Made by a program: the position numbers and the translations under genes. A DNA stretch of 64,000 nt from Cellulosimicrobium sp. Its GTDB lineage: Bacteria; Actinomycetota; Actinomycetes; Actinomycetales; Cellulomonadaceae. Positions 18,680 to 28,384 of the stretch are shown piece after piece (position 1 is the stretch's first letter; each line of letters opens with the position of its first letter). The stretch is taken from NCBI GenBank assembly GCA_029256625.1, contig JAQSXO010000001.1:481-64480 (forward strand). Direction: 5' to 3'. The notes beneath the pieces are model-generated. The model saw only the letters and a list, made by a program, of their open reading frames with translations. It ran no database searches and was not told where the DNA came from.

Positions 18680-19765
18680 TCAGGCGGGGGAGGACGCCGT
18701 CGGGGCGAGCTCCACGAGCGTCTCGACGACCCGTCGGGCGGCGTTGCCGTCGCCGTAGGGAGCCTCCTCGGTCGCGCCCGGGACCGGACGGCCGACGGCC
18801 TCGCGGATGGCGTCCGCGTCGTTGGCGAGCACGTTCCAGCCGAGGTCGACCGTCTCGACCCACTCGGTCTCCGTGCGGATCGTGGTGCACGGGACCCGCA
18901 GGAGGAAAGCCTCCTTCTGCAGGCCGCCCGAGTCGGTGACGACGCCGCGGCTGCGCAGGGCCGCCGCGACGAGGTCGGGGTAGGCGAGGGGCGCGTGGGA
19001 ACGGAGCGAGCCCGCGTCGAGCGACAGCCCGTGCTCGGCCGCCTTCGCGACGACCCGCGGGTGGGCCAGCAGCACGACCGGCCGGTCGAGGCTCGAGAGG
19101 GCCTCGACGATCATCGCCATCCGGTCCCGGTCGTCGGTGTTCTCCGCCCGGTGGATCGTGGCGAGGTGGAACTCGCCCGGCTCGAGGTCGAGCTCGGTGA
19201 GGAGCGGGACGTCGCGGTCGGCGACGGAGTCCCGCACCTGGAAGAGCACGTCCGTCATCACGTCGCCGACCAGGACGGAGCGCCCGCCGAGCCCTTCGGA
19301 GGCGAGGTGGTCCATCGCGACCTGCGTCGGCGCGAGGCACAGGTCGGCCGCGTGGTCCGTGAGCACGCGGTTGTGCTCCTCCGGCATGCGCCGGTTGAAC
19401 GACCGGAGCCCTGCCTCGAGGTGCGCGAGGGGGACGTGCAGCTTCACCGCCGCGACCGCCGCTGCGAGCGTGGAGTTCGTGTCGCCGTACGCGAGCACCC
19501 AGTCGGGCCGGTGCTCGTCGAGCACCGCGTCGAGGGCGCCGAGGATGGCGCCCGTCTGCACGCCGTGGCTGCCCGATCCGACACCGAGGTGCACGTCCGG
19601 GGTGGGGATGCCCAGGTCGCGGAAGAAGACGTCCGACAGCATCGGGTCGTAGTGCTGCCCGGTGTGGACGATGACGTGGTCGACTCCGGCGGTGGTTGCC
19701 GCGTGGGCGATCGGTGCGAGCTTGACGAACTGTGGGCGCGCGCCGACGACGCTGAGGATCTTCAC
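18680..19765 (-). CDS. wecB: Non-hydrolysing UDP-N-acetylglucosamine 2-epimerase (WecB/WbpI family)
   Basis: VGARPQFVK, HTGQHYD, GDTNSTLA, HLEAGLRS, MPEEHNR, TDSGGLQKEA, YGDGNAA. Confidence 0.93.
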   Translation of the reverse strand: MKILSVVGARPQFVKLAPIAHAATTAGVDHVIVHTGQHYDPMLSDVFFRDLGIPTPDVHLGVGSGSHGVQTGAILGALDAVLDEHRPDWVLAYGDTNSTLAAAVAAVKLHVPLAHLEAGLRSFNRRMPEEHNRVLTDHAADLCLAPTQVAMDHLASEGLGGRSVLVGDVMTDVLFQVRDSVADRDVPLLTELDLEPGEFHLATIHRAENTDDRDRMAMIVEALSSLDRPVVLLAHPRVVAKAAEHGLSLDAGSLRSHAPLAYPDLVAAALRSRGVVTDSGGLQKEAFLLRVPCTTIRTETEWVETVDLGWNVLANDADAIREAVGRPVPGATEEAPYGDGNAARRVVETLVELAPTASSPA

Positions 19766-19976
19766 GATCGTCGATGCTATCGGGAGCCGCGCAGGAGGAG
19801 CGCAGGAGCGGGCTTCGTGGCGTCCGTCGGCGCCCGTCCCGACGGTCGACGGGGCCCCACGCGGCGATTTACCTGAAACTGCCTTCTCCCGCAACTGCGG
19901 AGGCGCTACGATCGCGGCGCTCGGGGGCCGTCGTCGACGGGGTCACCCCGTGGAGCGAATCGTCGAGGAAGTCGAG

Positions 19977-21254
19977 ATGCAGATGGCAACAGGAAGTTCG
20001 CGCACGGCCCGGTCCCGGGTCGCAGCGCTCGCGTGCGCAGTGGCGACGGTGGCCGTGGGGACGTTCGGAGCCGCACCCGCCCAGGCCGCGCTGAGCGCAC
20101 CGGACGGGGCCGAGTCGGCGGTCGTGGCGGCCGCGGAGGCGCGGGCCGCGCACCTGCCCGCCCAGCGTCCCGGCACTCCGGACGCGGACGCGATCGACGC
20201 CCTGGCCGCGCGCGCGTTCGGCTCGGACGCGGCCGCCCTCGCCGCACCGGGAGAGAACGTCTACCGCGTGTACGGGCAGAACCGGTGGGAGACCGCGGTG
20301 GCCGTCTCGCACGTCTACGGGCTGGGCGACGGCGGGATGACGGGCGTCTTCAACGGCGTCATCGACGCGGGCGAGCAGGCGGCGCCGGTCGTCTACATCG
20401 CGAACGGCATGGGCTACGCGGACGCCCTGTCGGCAGCGCCCGCGGCGTCGTTCAACGGCGGCCCGCTGCTCCTCGTCCCGGCCGGCGGGGTGCCGTCGGT
20501 CGTGCTCGCCGAGCTGCAGCGTCTGCAGCCGGAGCGGATCGTCGTCGTCGGTGGCGCGGCGTCGGTGTCCGACGCGGCGTACGCGCAGCTGGCGGCGATC
20601 CAGCCGAACATCCGGCGCGACGCGGGCCGCGACCGCTACGAGACCTCGCGCGTCGTGGTCCAGCGAGGCTTCGACTACGCGGCGGCCGGGTACGCCCCGT
20701 CGGAGATCGCCTACCTCGCCACCGGGACCGGTTACGCCGACGCCCTGGCGGCGAGCGCCGCCGCAGCCACCGTCGGATCGCCCGTGGTCCTCGTCAACGG
20801 GAACGCCTCGGCGGTCGACTCGGCGACGACCTCGCTCCTCCGCGACCGGCTCGGCGTCCAGTACCTCTACCTCGCCGGGGGCGCGGCGTCGATCTCCCCG
20901 GCCTACGAGAGCGCGCTCGCGTCCCAGCCCTGGGTCGTCGGTGGAGCCCGTCTCGCGGGCAAGGACCGGTACGCCACGGCGACGGAGATCAACTCGCAGC
21001 TCTTCGGCATGCTCCACGCGGAGGGAGTCCTGACGCCGGGCTCCGCCAACTACACGTCGGGTCTCGACTTCCCCGACGCCCTGTCGGCCGGGGCCATGGC
21101 GGGCTACTACCTCGAGCCGCTGTACCTCTCCCGCACGACGTGCATCCCCACGCAGGCGGTCGGCGACCCGCGGGCCTGGGGTGTCGCGAACTTCTACCTC
21201 GTCGGGGGGCCGGGCGTGCTCGGCGCCGGCGTCGAGAACCTGACGATCTGCTGA
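19977..21254 (+). CDS. Secreted protein made of three cell-wall-binding repeat 2 (CWB2) domains, no catalytic domain seen
   Basis: Signal peptide ending PAQA; three repeats R.xG.(N/D)R(W/Y)xT...A.G..(Y/F)xDALxA..P(L/V)xL..GG. Confidence 0.8.
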   Translation: MQMATGSSRTARSRVAALACAVATVAVGTFGAAPAQAALSAPDGAESAVVAAAEARAAHLPAQRPGTPDADAIDALAARAFGSDAAALAAPGENVYRVYGQNRWETAVAVSHVYGLGDGGMTGVFNGVIDAGEQAAPVVYIANGMGYADALSAAPAASFNGGPLLLVPAGGVPSVVLAELQRLQPERIVVVGGAASVSDAAYAQLAAIQPNIRRDAGRDRYETSRVVVQRGFDYAAAGYAPSEIAYLATGTGYADALAASAAAATVGSPVVLVNGNASAVDSATTSLLRDRLGVQYLYLAGGAASISPAYESALASQPWVVGGARLAGKDRYATATEINSQLFGMLHAEGVLTPGSANYTSGLDFPDALSAGAMAGYYLEPLYLSRTTCIPTQAVGDPRAWGVANFYLVGGPGVLGAGVENLTIC

Positions 21255-21276
21255 CGGGTCCGACGACTCGCAGCCG

Positions 21277-21309
21277 CCGGGGCCCAGGACCTCGCGTCCT
21301 GGGCCCCGG
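21277..21309 (+). terminator. Intrinsic terminator-like hairpin
   Basis: CCGGGGCCCAGGAC-ctcgc-GTCCTGGGCCCCGG, 14-bp perfect stem just after the CWB2 gene. Confidence 0.7.
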
Positions 21310-21322
21310 TACTGTCCTGCCC

Positions 21323-22423
21323 ATGCCTCCTCCCGCACTGGCCCCCGCGCGCTCGGCCCCGGTCGTGGCACCCGGGCTCGAGTGGGTCTCGTGGCTGCGC
21401 GTGCTCGCGATCACCGCCGTCGTCGCGATACACGTCGTCGGCCACGACGCGATCGTGCCCGGGGCGCGCGAGACGTTCCACGGCAACCTGGCGATCTGGC
21501 TCGACTTCGGGTCCGACTTCGCCGTCCCCGTGTTCGTCATGGTCAGCGGCGCGCTGCTCCTCGACCCGGCGCGGTACGCCGGTGCGGGTGACTTCCTGCG
21601 CAAGCGGGCGCTGCGGCTCGTCCCCGCGGTGGTCGTGTGGCACCTGCTCTGGTGGGTCTTCCTCCTGACCGTGCTCGGGGAGGACGTCGGGGTGCGCGCG
21701 TTCGTCGCGCAGTCGGCCACGGGCCGGCTCTACACGGCTCTCTACTTCTTCTGGATCGTCCTCGGTCTCGCGCTGGTGACGCCGCTCCTGGTGCCGTGGG
21801 TGAGCTCGGTGGGTCGTCGCGCCGTGGTCGTCGCCGGCGCCGCCCTCGTGGGGATGACCGCGGCCTCCGCGGCCGCCGAGGGTCTCCTCGGGCTCCCGAC
21901 CGCGTGGGTGCAGACGGCGTGGACCTGGTGGATCCCGTACCTCGGTCTCTACCTGCTGGGCTGGGGGCTCCGCGACGTCGTCCTCCGCGGGTGGCTGCTC
22001 GCCGCCACGGCCGCAGGCGCCGTGGGGATCGGCGTGCTCCAGTGGTGGCTCTGGGAGAACCCGGCGGTGCCGGAGCTCGTGCGCCAGCTCCTGCCCACGA
22101 CGTACTACGGCGTCCAGGTCCAGGTCTACGCGGTGCTCGTCTTCCTCGTGGTCAAGAGCGTCGTGAGGCCCGACGGCGCTCTCGGCGCGCTGGCCGCGCC
22201 ACGCGCCGCCGCCGCGGGCCGGGTGCTGGGGGACGCCACGCTCGGGGTGTTCGTGCTCCACCTGATGGTGTGGAACCTGATGCTGTCGCTGCCGGCCCTC
22301 GGTGGGGAGAAGGCGGCGGACTCGGTGCCGCAGATGCTCGGACGCGTCGCCTTCGTCCTCGTGGTGACCTACGCGGTCGTGCTCCTGCTCCGCCGGCTCC
22401 CGGTCGTCCGACGCGTGCTGTAG
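21323..22423 (+). CDS. Acyltransferase family 3 (WecH/YiaH-like), membrane-only O-acyltransferase
   Basis: WLRVLAITAVVAIH, AVPVFVMVSGALLL, FLRKRALRL, LYFF..GLALVTP, TLGVFVLH. Confidence 0.85.
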   Translation: MPPPALAPARSAPVVAPGLEWVSWLRVLAITAVVAIHVVGHDAIVPGARETFHGNLAIWLDFGSDFAVPVFVMVSGALLLDPARYAGAGDFLRKRALRLVPAVVVWHLLWWVFLLTVLGEDVGVRAFVAQSATGRLYTALYFFWIVLGLALVTPLLVPWVSSVGRRAVVVAGAALVGMTAASAAAEGLLGLPTAWVQTAWTWWIPYLGLYLLGWGLRDVVLRGWLLAATAAGAVGIGVLQWWLWENPAVPELVRQLLPTTYYGVQVQVYAVLVFLVVKSVVRPDGALGALAAPRAAAAGRVLGDATLGVFVLHLMVWNLMLSLPALGGEKAADSVPQMLGRVAFVLVVTYAVVLLLRRLPVVRRVL

Positions 22424-22533
22424 GGCCGTCCAGGCGGCGGATGCTTCTCCTGGGCGACGATCTGGGCTAAGTTCCCCATTCGTCCGCGTTCTGCGTCGAG
22501 GCGGACATTCCGCGCACCCTCAGGAGGCGACTC

Positions 22534-24699
22534 GTGGCGCGTCATACCGCACGGACCACCAGCACGGCACCGGGCGCGTCGCGACGGGCGCCGACGCCCG
22601 TGCGCGCCCTCGCCGGACGGACTCTCGTGTGCGCCCTCGCGGCGGCGCTCGCGCTTCCCGCGGCGCTCGTCCCGGCCGCGAGCGCGGTGCCGCGGTCGCC
22701 GGCGACGGCCACGCCCGAGCCTCCGGGCGTCCCTGTCGGTGCGCCCGCGGTCGCGGCGGCGCTCCCGGCCGCGGGCGCGCACGAGGTCGCGGTCGACACG
22801 CGCGACGTCGCCTCGAGCGGCGCGGTCTCGGTCGCGGAGGGGTTCCAGAGCGCGGCGGTGTCCTGGCCGGCAGCGCTCGACCACGCGATGCCCGAGCTCC
22901 GGATGCGCGCGCGGGCGGCCGACGGCGCGTGGGGTCCCTGGACCCACGTGGACGCGGAGACCGACGGCGCCGACGCCGAGGTGCGCGACGTCGTGACGTC
23001 GGGCGCCGTCTACGTGGGCGAGTCGGACGCGATCCAGGTCACCACCGTGGACCCCGCCCTCGAGCTGCCGGCCGGCGTCCAGGTCACGACGGTCTCGTCG
23101 GAGCTGACCGAGTCGCCGGCCGTGGAGAGGGCCGGGACGGTCGAGGCCACGACGTCGGGCTCCGCGGGGCCGACGATCGTCACGAGGGAACAGTGGGGGG
23201 CCGCGCCGGCGACCTGCGAGTGGGACGCGGCGCCCGCGCTCAAGGGCGGGGTGGTCCACCACACGGTGAACGCGAACGACTACGCGACGGTCGACCAGGC
23301 GATGCAGGCCATCCGCAACGACCAGGCGTTCCACCAGGAGGGGAACGGCTGGTGCGACATCGGCTACAACTTCCTCGTCGACAAGTGGGGCAACATCTAC
23401 GAGGGCGCCGACGGCAGCCTCGAGTCGGCGCTGATCGGGGCGCACACGGGCGGCTTCAACACGGGCACCGTGGGAGTCGCGATGGTCGGCACCTACACGA
23501 GCGTGGCGCCCTCGACGGCGCAGCTCGACGCCGTCGCGGAGATCATCGCCTACCGCCTGGCGCGGTACGGCGTCGACCCGGCCGGGTCGGCGACCTTCAC
23601 GGCGGCGAGCAAGACCGCCGGAGGCCGGTTCGAGGCGGGCCAGTCGGTCGTCCTCCCCAAGGTCTTCGGTCACCGAGACACTCATCAGACCGAGTGCCCC
23701 GGTGCGCTCGCCTACGGGAAGCTGTCGTACGTCCAGGGTCGCGCGGCGCAGTACTTCCAGGAGCTCCGGTCGTCGGTGCAGCGGATCGCCGGGGCGAACC
23801 GGTACGCGACGTCCGCGGCGATCTCGGCGGCCACCTTCGAGCCGGGCGTCGAGGTCGCGTACGTCGCGAACGGCCTGGCGTTCCCCGACGCGTTGTCCGG
23901 TGGGCCCGCCGCGGCCGCCTCCGGCGCGCCGGTCCTGCTCGTCGCCCCGACCGCGGTCCCGACGCCCGTCGTGACCGAGCTCGAGAGACTGCGCCCCCAG
24001 AAGATCGTGGTGCTCGGCGGGCGCGGCGTCGTGTCCGACGCGGTCGTCGCCCGGCTGACCGGCCTGACGACGACCCGGACGGTGACCCGCCTCTACGGGG
24101 ACGACCGGTTCGCGACCTCGGCGGCGATCTCGGCGGCCACGTTCGCACCCGGCGTGAAGGTCGCCTACGTCGCGAACGGCCTGGCGTTCCCGGACGCCCT
24201 GTCCGGCGCCCCCGCCGCCGGTGCCCGCAAGGCGCCGGTCCTGCTCGTCGGCCAGAACGCCGTCCCCGGGGCCGTGGCGAAGGAGCTCGGCCGGCTCCGT
24301 CCGGAAGAGATCGTCGTGCTGGGCGGGACGGGCTCCGTGTCTGCGGACGTGGCGACGCAGCTCGCGGGGTACACGGCGTCGAAGCGCGTGACCCGCGCGG
24401 CGGGGGATGACCGCTACGGGACGTCGGCGGCGATCTCGGCCGCGACGTTCGAGCCGGGTGTGCCCGTCGTGTACGTGGCGAACGGGCTGAACTTCCCGGA
24501 CGGGCTGTCGGGCGCGCCCGCGGCCGGTGTCGGCGGCGGGCCGGTCCTGCTCACCGCGAGCACCCGCGTCCCGCCGGCGGTCGCGGCGGAGCTGGACCGG
24601 CTCGACCCCGCACGGATCGTCGTGCTCGGTGGCTCCGGGGTGGTCTCGGACTCCGTCGCCTCGTCGCTCGCGGGATTCCTGCGCCCGGCCGGCTCGTGA
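22534..24699 (+). CDS. N-acetylmuramoyl-L-alanine amidase (Amidase_2/PGRP) with three C-terminal CWB2 repeats
   Basis: HHTV, GWCDIGYNFLVD, GAHTGGFN, GHRD..TECPG; GGAGG SD; N-terminal signal peptide. Confidence 0.88.
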   Translation: MARHTARTTSTAPGASRRAPTPVRALAGRTLVCALAAALALPAALVPAASAVPRSPATATPEPPGVPVGAPAVAAALPAAGAHEVAVDTRDVASSGAVSVAEGFQSAAVSWPAALDHAMPELRMRARAADGAWGPWTHVDAETDGADAEVRDVVTSGAVYVGESDAIQVTTVDPALELPAGVQVTTVSSELTESPAVERAGTVEATTSGSAGPTIVTREQWGAAPATCEWDAAPALKGGVVHHTVNANDYATVDQAMQAIRNDQAFHQEGNGWCDIGYNFLVDKWGNIYEGADGSLESALIGAHTGGFNTGTVGVAMVGTYTSVAPSTAQLDAVAEIIAYRLARYGVDPAGSATFTAASKTAGGRFEAGQSVVLPKVFGHRDTHQTECPGALAYGKLSYVQGRAAQYFQELRSSVQRIAGANRYATSAAISAATFEPGVEVAYVANGLAFPDALSGGPAAAASGAPVLLVAPTAVPTPVVTELERLRPQKIVVLGGRGVVSDAVVARLTGLTTTRTVTRLYGDDRFATSAAISAATFAPGVKVAYVANGLAFPDALSGAPAAGARKAPVLLVGQNAVPGAVAKELGRLRPEEIVVLGGTGSVSADVATQLAGYTASKRVTRAAGDDRYGTSAAISAATFEPGVPVVYVANGLNFPDGLSGAPAAGVGGGPVLLTASTRVPPAVAAELDRLDPARIVVLGGSGVVSDSVASSLAGFLRPAGS
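23782..24690 (+). repeat. Three intragenic CWB2 repeats with 306-bp period
   Basis: ATCTCGGC (SAAISAATF) recurs at 23821, 24127 and 24433; YVANGL(A/N)FPD(A/G)LSG in each unit. Confidence 0.85.
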
Positions 24700-24817
24700 C
24701 GCGCACCGAGGGCGGTCAGGGGCCGGCGGGGACACCCGGGGGGACGGTCGGCGCACGGGGTTCGCGAGGGTAGTCTTCTCGCCGATCCCTCCGTCGCGCA
24801 GAGAGCCAGCTGACCTC

Positions 24818-26905
24818 GTGCACCCATCCACCGCCGGGCCCCGCCCGCCGGGACCCGTCGAGAAGGCGCCGGCGACCGTGTCGCGTCCCGCGCAGGGACC
24901 GGTCGGCGACCGGTTCCGCCTGGACGTCCAGGGTCTGCGGGCGGTGGCGGTGGGAGCGGTCGTGCTCTACCACGCAGGCGTGCCGTGGCTCCCGGGTGGC
25001 TATGTCGGCGTCGACGTCTTCTTCGTCATCTCGGGCTTCCTGATCACGGGGCACCTGCTCCGTTCGCTCGAGAGGGACGGCCGCGTCGGGTTCGCGGACT
25101 TCTACGCCCGCCGCGCCCGTCGGATCCTGCCGGCGTCGTTCGCCGTGCTCCTGGTGACCCTGGCGGTGGCCGCGCTCACGCTCGGACCGGTACGCGTCCG
25201 GGAAGCCGCCGTCGACGCCGTCGCCACCGCGACCTACGTGCCCAACCTGCTCTTCGCGTACCGGGGGACGCAGTACCTCAACGAGACGGACCCGCCGTCG
25301 CTCTTCCAGCACTACTGGTCCCTGGGGGTCGAGGAGCAGTTCTACCTCCTGTGGCCGCTGCTGCTCGTGGGCTTCTTCGCGGTCCGCCGCTCGCACCGGG
25401 TCCTCACGGTGCTGGTCGGCGCCGTCGTCGTGGTCTCGTTCCTGGCGTGCCTCGTGCTGACGGTCCGGGCTCAGCCGTGGGCGTTCTTCGGCCTTCCCAC
25501 GCGAGCGTGGGAGCTCGCTGCCGGGGGCCTGGTCGCGGTGGCCGTCGGACGGGGAGCCGTCCTGCGTCGCGCGCTCGCGGTCCCGCTGGGGTGGGCGGGG
25601 CTGGCGGCGATCGTCGCCTCCGTGCTCCTGCTCGACGCGTCGACGCCGTTCCCCGGCCCGTGGGCGGCCCTTCCCGTCGCCGGGACGGCCCTGGTGATCC
25701 TTGCCGGGACGAGCGCCGGGGCGAACGGTCCGGCCGCCGTGCTCGCGCGCGCACCCATGGTCTGGGTCGGGGGGATCTCCTACTCGCTCTACCTCGTCCA
25801 CTGGCCCGCGATGACGCTGCCCCAGGCGATCCTCGGTCGGACCGAGCCGATACCGGTGCCGTGGCAGCTGCTGGTGGCCGTCGCGTGCGTGCCGCTCGCG
25901 TGGCTCTCGTACCGGTTCGTCGAGACGCCGTTCCGCACGGCGCCGCGACTGCGTTCCGCGCGACCGCGCCGGGTGGGGCTCGCGGTTCTCGCGGCCACCG
26001 CGGTCGTCGTCGCGACCGCGGGACTGGCGGTCTGGGGGGCGGACCGCGCGCCGCAGTCGTCGGCGGTCGTCGTGACCGCCACGGACCTGCGGCGCGCACC
26101 CGCCGGCACCCCGGTCGTCCCCGCGAACCTCGAGCCGTCGCTCGCCGGGGCCGCGGACGACCTCCCGGTCGTCTACGAGGACGGCTGCCAGCTCGACGCG
26201 TCCGAGCAGGAGCCGCGCTCGTCGTGCGTCTACGGCACAGACCCGACGGCTCCTCGCGTGGTGCTGTTCGGCGACTCCCACGCGAGCCAGCTCGTGCCGG
26301 CGCTGAGCTCGATGGCGGACTCCGGCACGATCCGGCTCGACGTCATGACCAAGAGCGGGTGCCCGGCGACGGACCTCGACGTGGTGACCGGCCGGGGGCA
26401 GCCGTACCCGACGTGCGCGCCGTGGCGCGCGCGCGTGCTCGACCTGCTGCGGACCGACCCCCCGGCCGTCGTGGTCGTCGCCGACTACGCGGGCGAGTCC
26501 GGGGACGCGGACGGCACGCGGTTCACCGCCGACGAGTGGACCGAGGCGCTCGGCCGCACGCTCGAGGCGCTCCCCGGTACGTCGCCCGTGCTGGTCGTGG
26601 GAGACACGCCGACGCCCGGGACGTCACCGACCCGCTGCCTGTCGGACCACGTCGAGAACGCGTCGTCGTGCGACCTCGGCGTCGAGGCGCGCAACATCGT
26701 CATCCAGGAGGCGCAACGGTCCGCGGCCGCACAGGCGGGGGCTCGGTTCGTGACCCTGGACGACTACCTGTGCAACCCCGCGTCCTGCCCGGTGATCATC
26801 GACAGCACGCTCGTCTATCGCGACGGGACGCACCTGACGGCGACCATGGCCGCGCGCCTCGGTGGGGTGCTCGTCCCCGAGGTGGCCGCACTGCTGCCAC
26901 GGTGA
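24818..26905 (+). CDS. Acyltransferase family 3 with SGNH domain (second copy)
   Basis: RLDVQGLRAVAV, GYVGVDVFFVISGFLIT, HYWSLGVEEQFY, SYSLYLVHWP, GDSHA, DGTH; start approximate. Confidence 0.9.
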   Translation: MHPSTAGPRPPGPVEKAPATVSRPAQGPVGDRFRLDVQGLRAVAVGAVVLYHAGVPWLPGGYVGVDVFFVISGFLITGHLLRSLERDGRVGFADFYARRARRILPASFAVLLVTLAVAALTLGPVRVREAAVDAVATATYVPNLLFAYRGTQYLNETDPPSLFQHYWSLGVEEQFYLLWPLLLVGFFAVRRSHRVLTVLVGAVVVVSFLACLVLTVRAQPWAFFGLPTRAWELAAGGLVAVAVGRGAVLRRALAVPLGWAGLAAIVASVLLLDASTPFPGPWAALPVAGTALVILAGTSAGANGPAAVLARAPMVWVGGISYSLYLVHWPAMTLPQAILGRTEPIPVPWQLLVAVACVPLAWLSYRFVETPFRTAPRLRSARPRRVGLAVLAATAVVVATAGLAVWGADRAPQSSAVVVTATDLRRAPAGTPVVPANLEPSLAGAADDLPVVYEDGCQLDASEQEPRSSCVYGTDPTAPRVVLFGDSHASQLVPALSSMADSGTIRLDVMTKSGCPATDLDVVTGRGQPYPTCAPWRARVLDLLRTDPPAVVVVADYAGESGDADGTRFTADEWTEALGRTLEALPGTSPVLVVGDTPTPGTSPTRCLSDHVENASSCDLGVEARNIVIQEAQRSAAAQAGARFVTLDDYLCNPASCPVIIDSTLVYRDGTHLTATMAARLGGVLVPEVAALLPR

Positions 26906-27023
26906 TCGCCACCTCGCGTATCCTGCACGGTGGTTCGACCGCCGTGCGATGAACACACGGCCGTGGTCTCCCGGATCGGGGAGGCTGCCGGACCGACCAC
27001 CTGCTCGCCGGAAGGAACACTCG

Positions 27024-28334
27024 ATGCGCATCGCCGTCGTCGCCCTGGGGAAGATCGGCCTGCCCCTGGCCGTCCAGTTCGCGTCCAAGGGGCACGAGGT
27101 GATCGGCGTCGACGTCAACGCCGCCACGGTCGCCACGATCAACGAGGGCACGGCACCGTTCCCTGGTGAGGCGCACCTCGCCGAGAAGCTGGCCGAGCTG
27201 GTCCCCGCCGGTGCGCTGCGCGCGACCACCGACTACGCCGAGGCGATCCCCGGTGCCGACGCCGTCGTGCTGGTGGTCCCGCTCTTCGTCGACGAGGAGA
27301 CGGCTCAGCCCGACTTCGGCTGGATGGACGCCGCTACGAGGTCGATGGCCGAGCACCTCGGTGCAGGCACGCTCGTCTCGTACGAGACGACGCTCCCGGT
27401 GGGCACGACGCGCAGCCGCTGGAAGCCGATGATCGAGGAGATCTCCGGCCTGGTGGAGGGCGAGGACTTCCACCTGGTCTTCTCGCCCGAGCGGGTCCTG
27501 ACCGGTCGCGTGTTCGCGGACCTGCGCCGGTACCCCAAGCTCGTGGGAGGTCTGTCGACCGAGGGTGCGGCCCGGGCGCGCGAGTTCTACGAGACGGTGC
27601 TCGACTTCGACGAGCGTCCCGACCTGCCCCGACCGAACGGTGTCTGGGACCTCGGGTCGGCCGAGGCCTCCGAGCTCGCGAAGCTCGCCGAGACGACGTA
27701 CCGAGACGTGAACATCGGTCTCGCGAACCAGTTCGCCCTGTTCGCCGACTCGCAGGGCATCGACGTCCACGCCGTCATCGAGGCGTGCAACTCCCAGCCG
27801 TACAGCCACATCCATCGCCCCGGCATCGCGGTCGGGGGGCACTGCATCCCGGTCTATCCCCGGCTCTACCTGTCGGTCGACCCGGCGGCGTCGATCGTCC
27901 GCGAGGCACGCGCGGTGAACGCCTCGATGCCGGAGCGCGTGGTCGAGCGCACGGCAGGCCTGCTCGGGTCGCTGGACGGCCTGCGCACCGTCGTCCTCGG
28001 GGCGTCCTACCGGGGCGGTGTCAAGGAGACGGCGTTCTCGGGCGTCTTCGCCACGGTCGAGGCGCTCGAGTCCCGCGGCGCCGTCGTGACGGTGCACGAC
28101 CCGCTCTACTCCGACGACGAGCTGCGGGGACTCGGTCTCGCACCGCACGCCCTCGGCACGGCGGTGGACGTCGCCGTGGTCCAGACGGACCACGCCGCCT
28201 ACCGGACCGTGGGGCCGGACGACCTGCCCGGCGTCCGACTGCTGGTCGACGGACGGGGGATCACGGACGCGGCACTGTGGGCCGGGACGCCGCGGTTCGT
28301 CCTCGGACGCGGCGAGACCCTCCCCGCGACCTGA
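27024..28334 (+). CDS. Nucleotide-sugar 6-dehydrogenase (WbpA/WecC-like)
   Basis: LGKIGLP Rossmann motif, FSPERV, ELAKLAETTYRDVNI, VGGHCIP catalytic Cys; AAGGA SD. Confidence 0.9.
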   Translation: MRIAVVALGKIGLPLAVQFASKGHEVIGVDVNAATVATINEGTAPFPGEAHLAEKLAELVPAGALRATTDYAEAIPGADAVVLVVPLFVDEETAQPDFGWMDAATRSMAEHLGAGTLVSYETTLPVGTTRSRWKPMIEEISGLVEGEDFHLVFSPERVLTGRVFADLRRYPKLVGGLSTEGAARAREFYETVLDFDERPDLPRPNGVWDLGSAEASELAKLAETTYRDVNIGLANQFALFADSQGIDVHAVIEACNSQPYSHIHRPGIAVGGHCIPVYPRLYLSVDPAASIVREARAVNASMPERVVERTAGLLGSLDGLRTVVLGASYRGGVKETAFSGVFATVEALESRGAVVTVHDPLYSDDELRGLGLAPHALGTAVDVAVVQTDHAAYRTVGPDDLPGVRLLVDGRGITDAALWAGTPRFVLGRGETLPAT

Positions 28335-28384
28335 CGACCTCGCCAGACCCACACCGACGCCCGTCCTATCCCGAGGAACCCCCC

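Noticed and set aside
23782-24690. DNA-level direct repeats that could suggest a CRISPR or mobile repeat array
   Set aside because: The 306-bp period is in frame and encodes CWB2 domains; there are no spacers or cas genes
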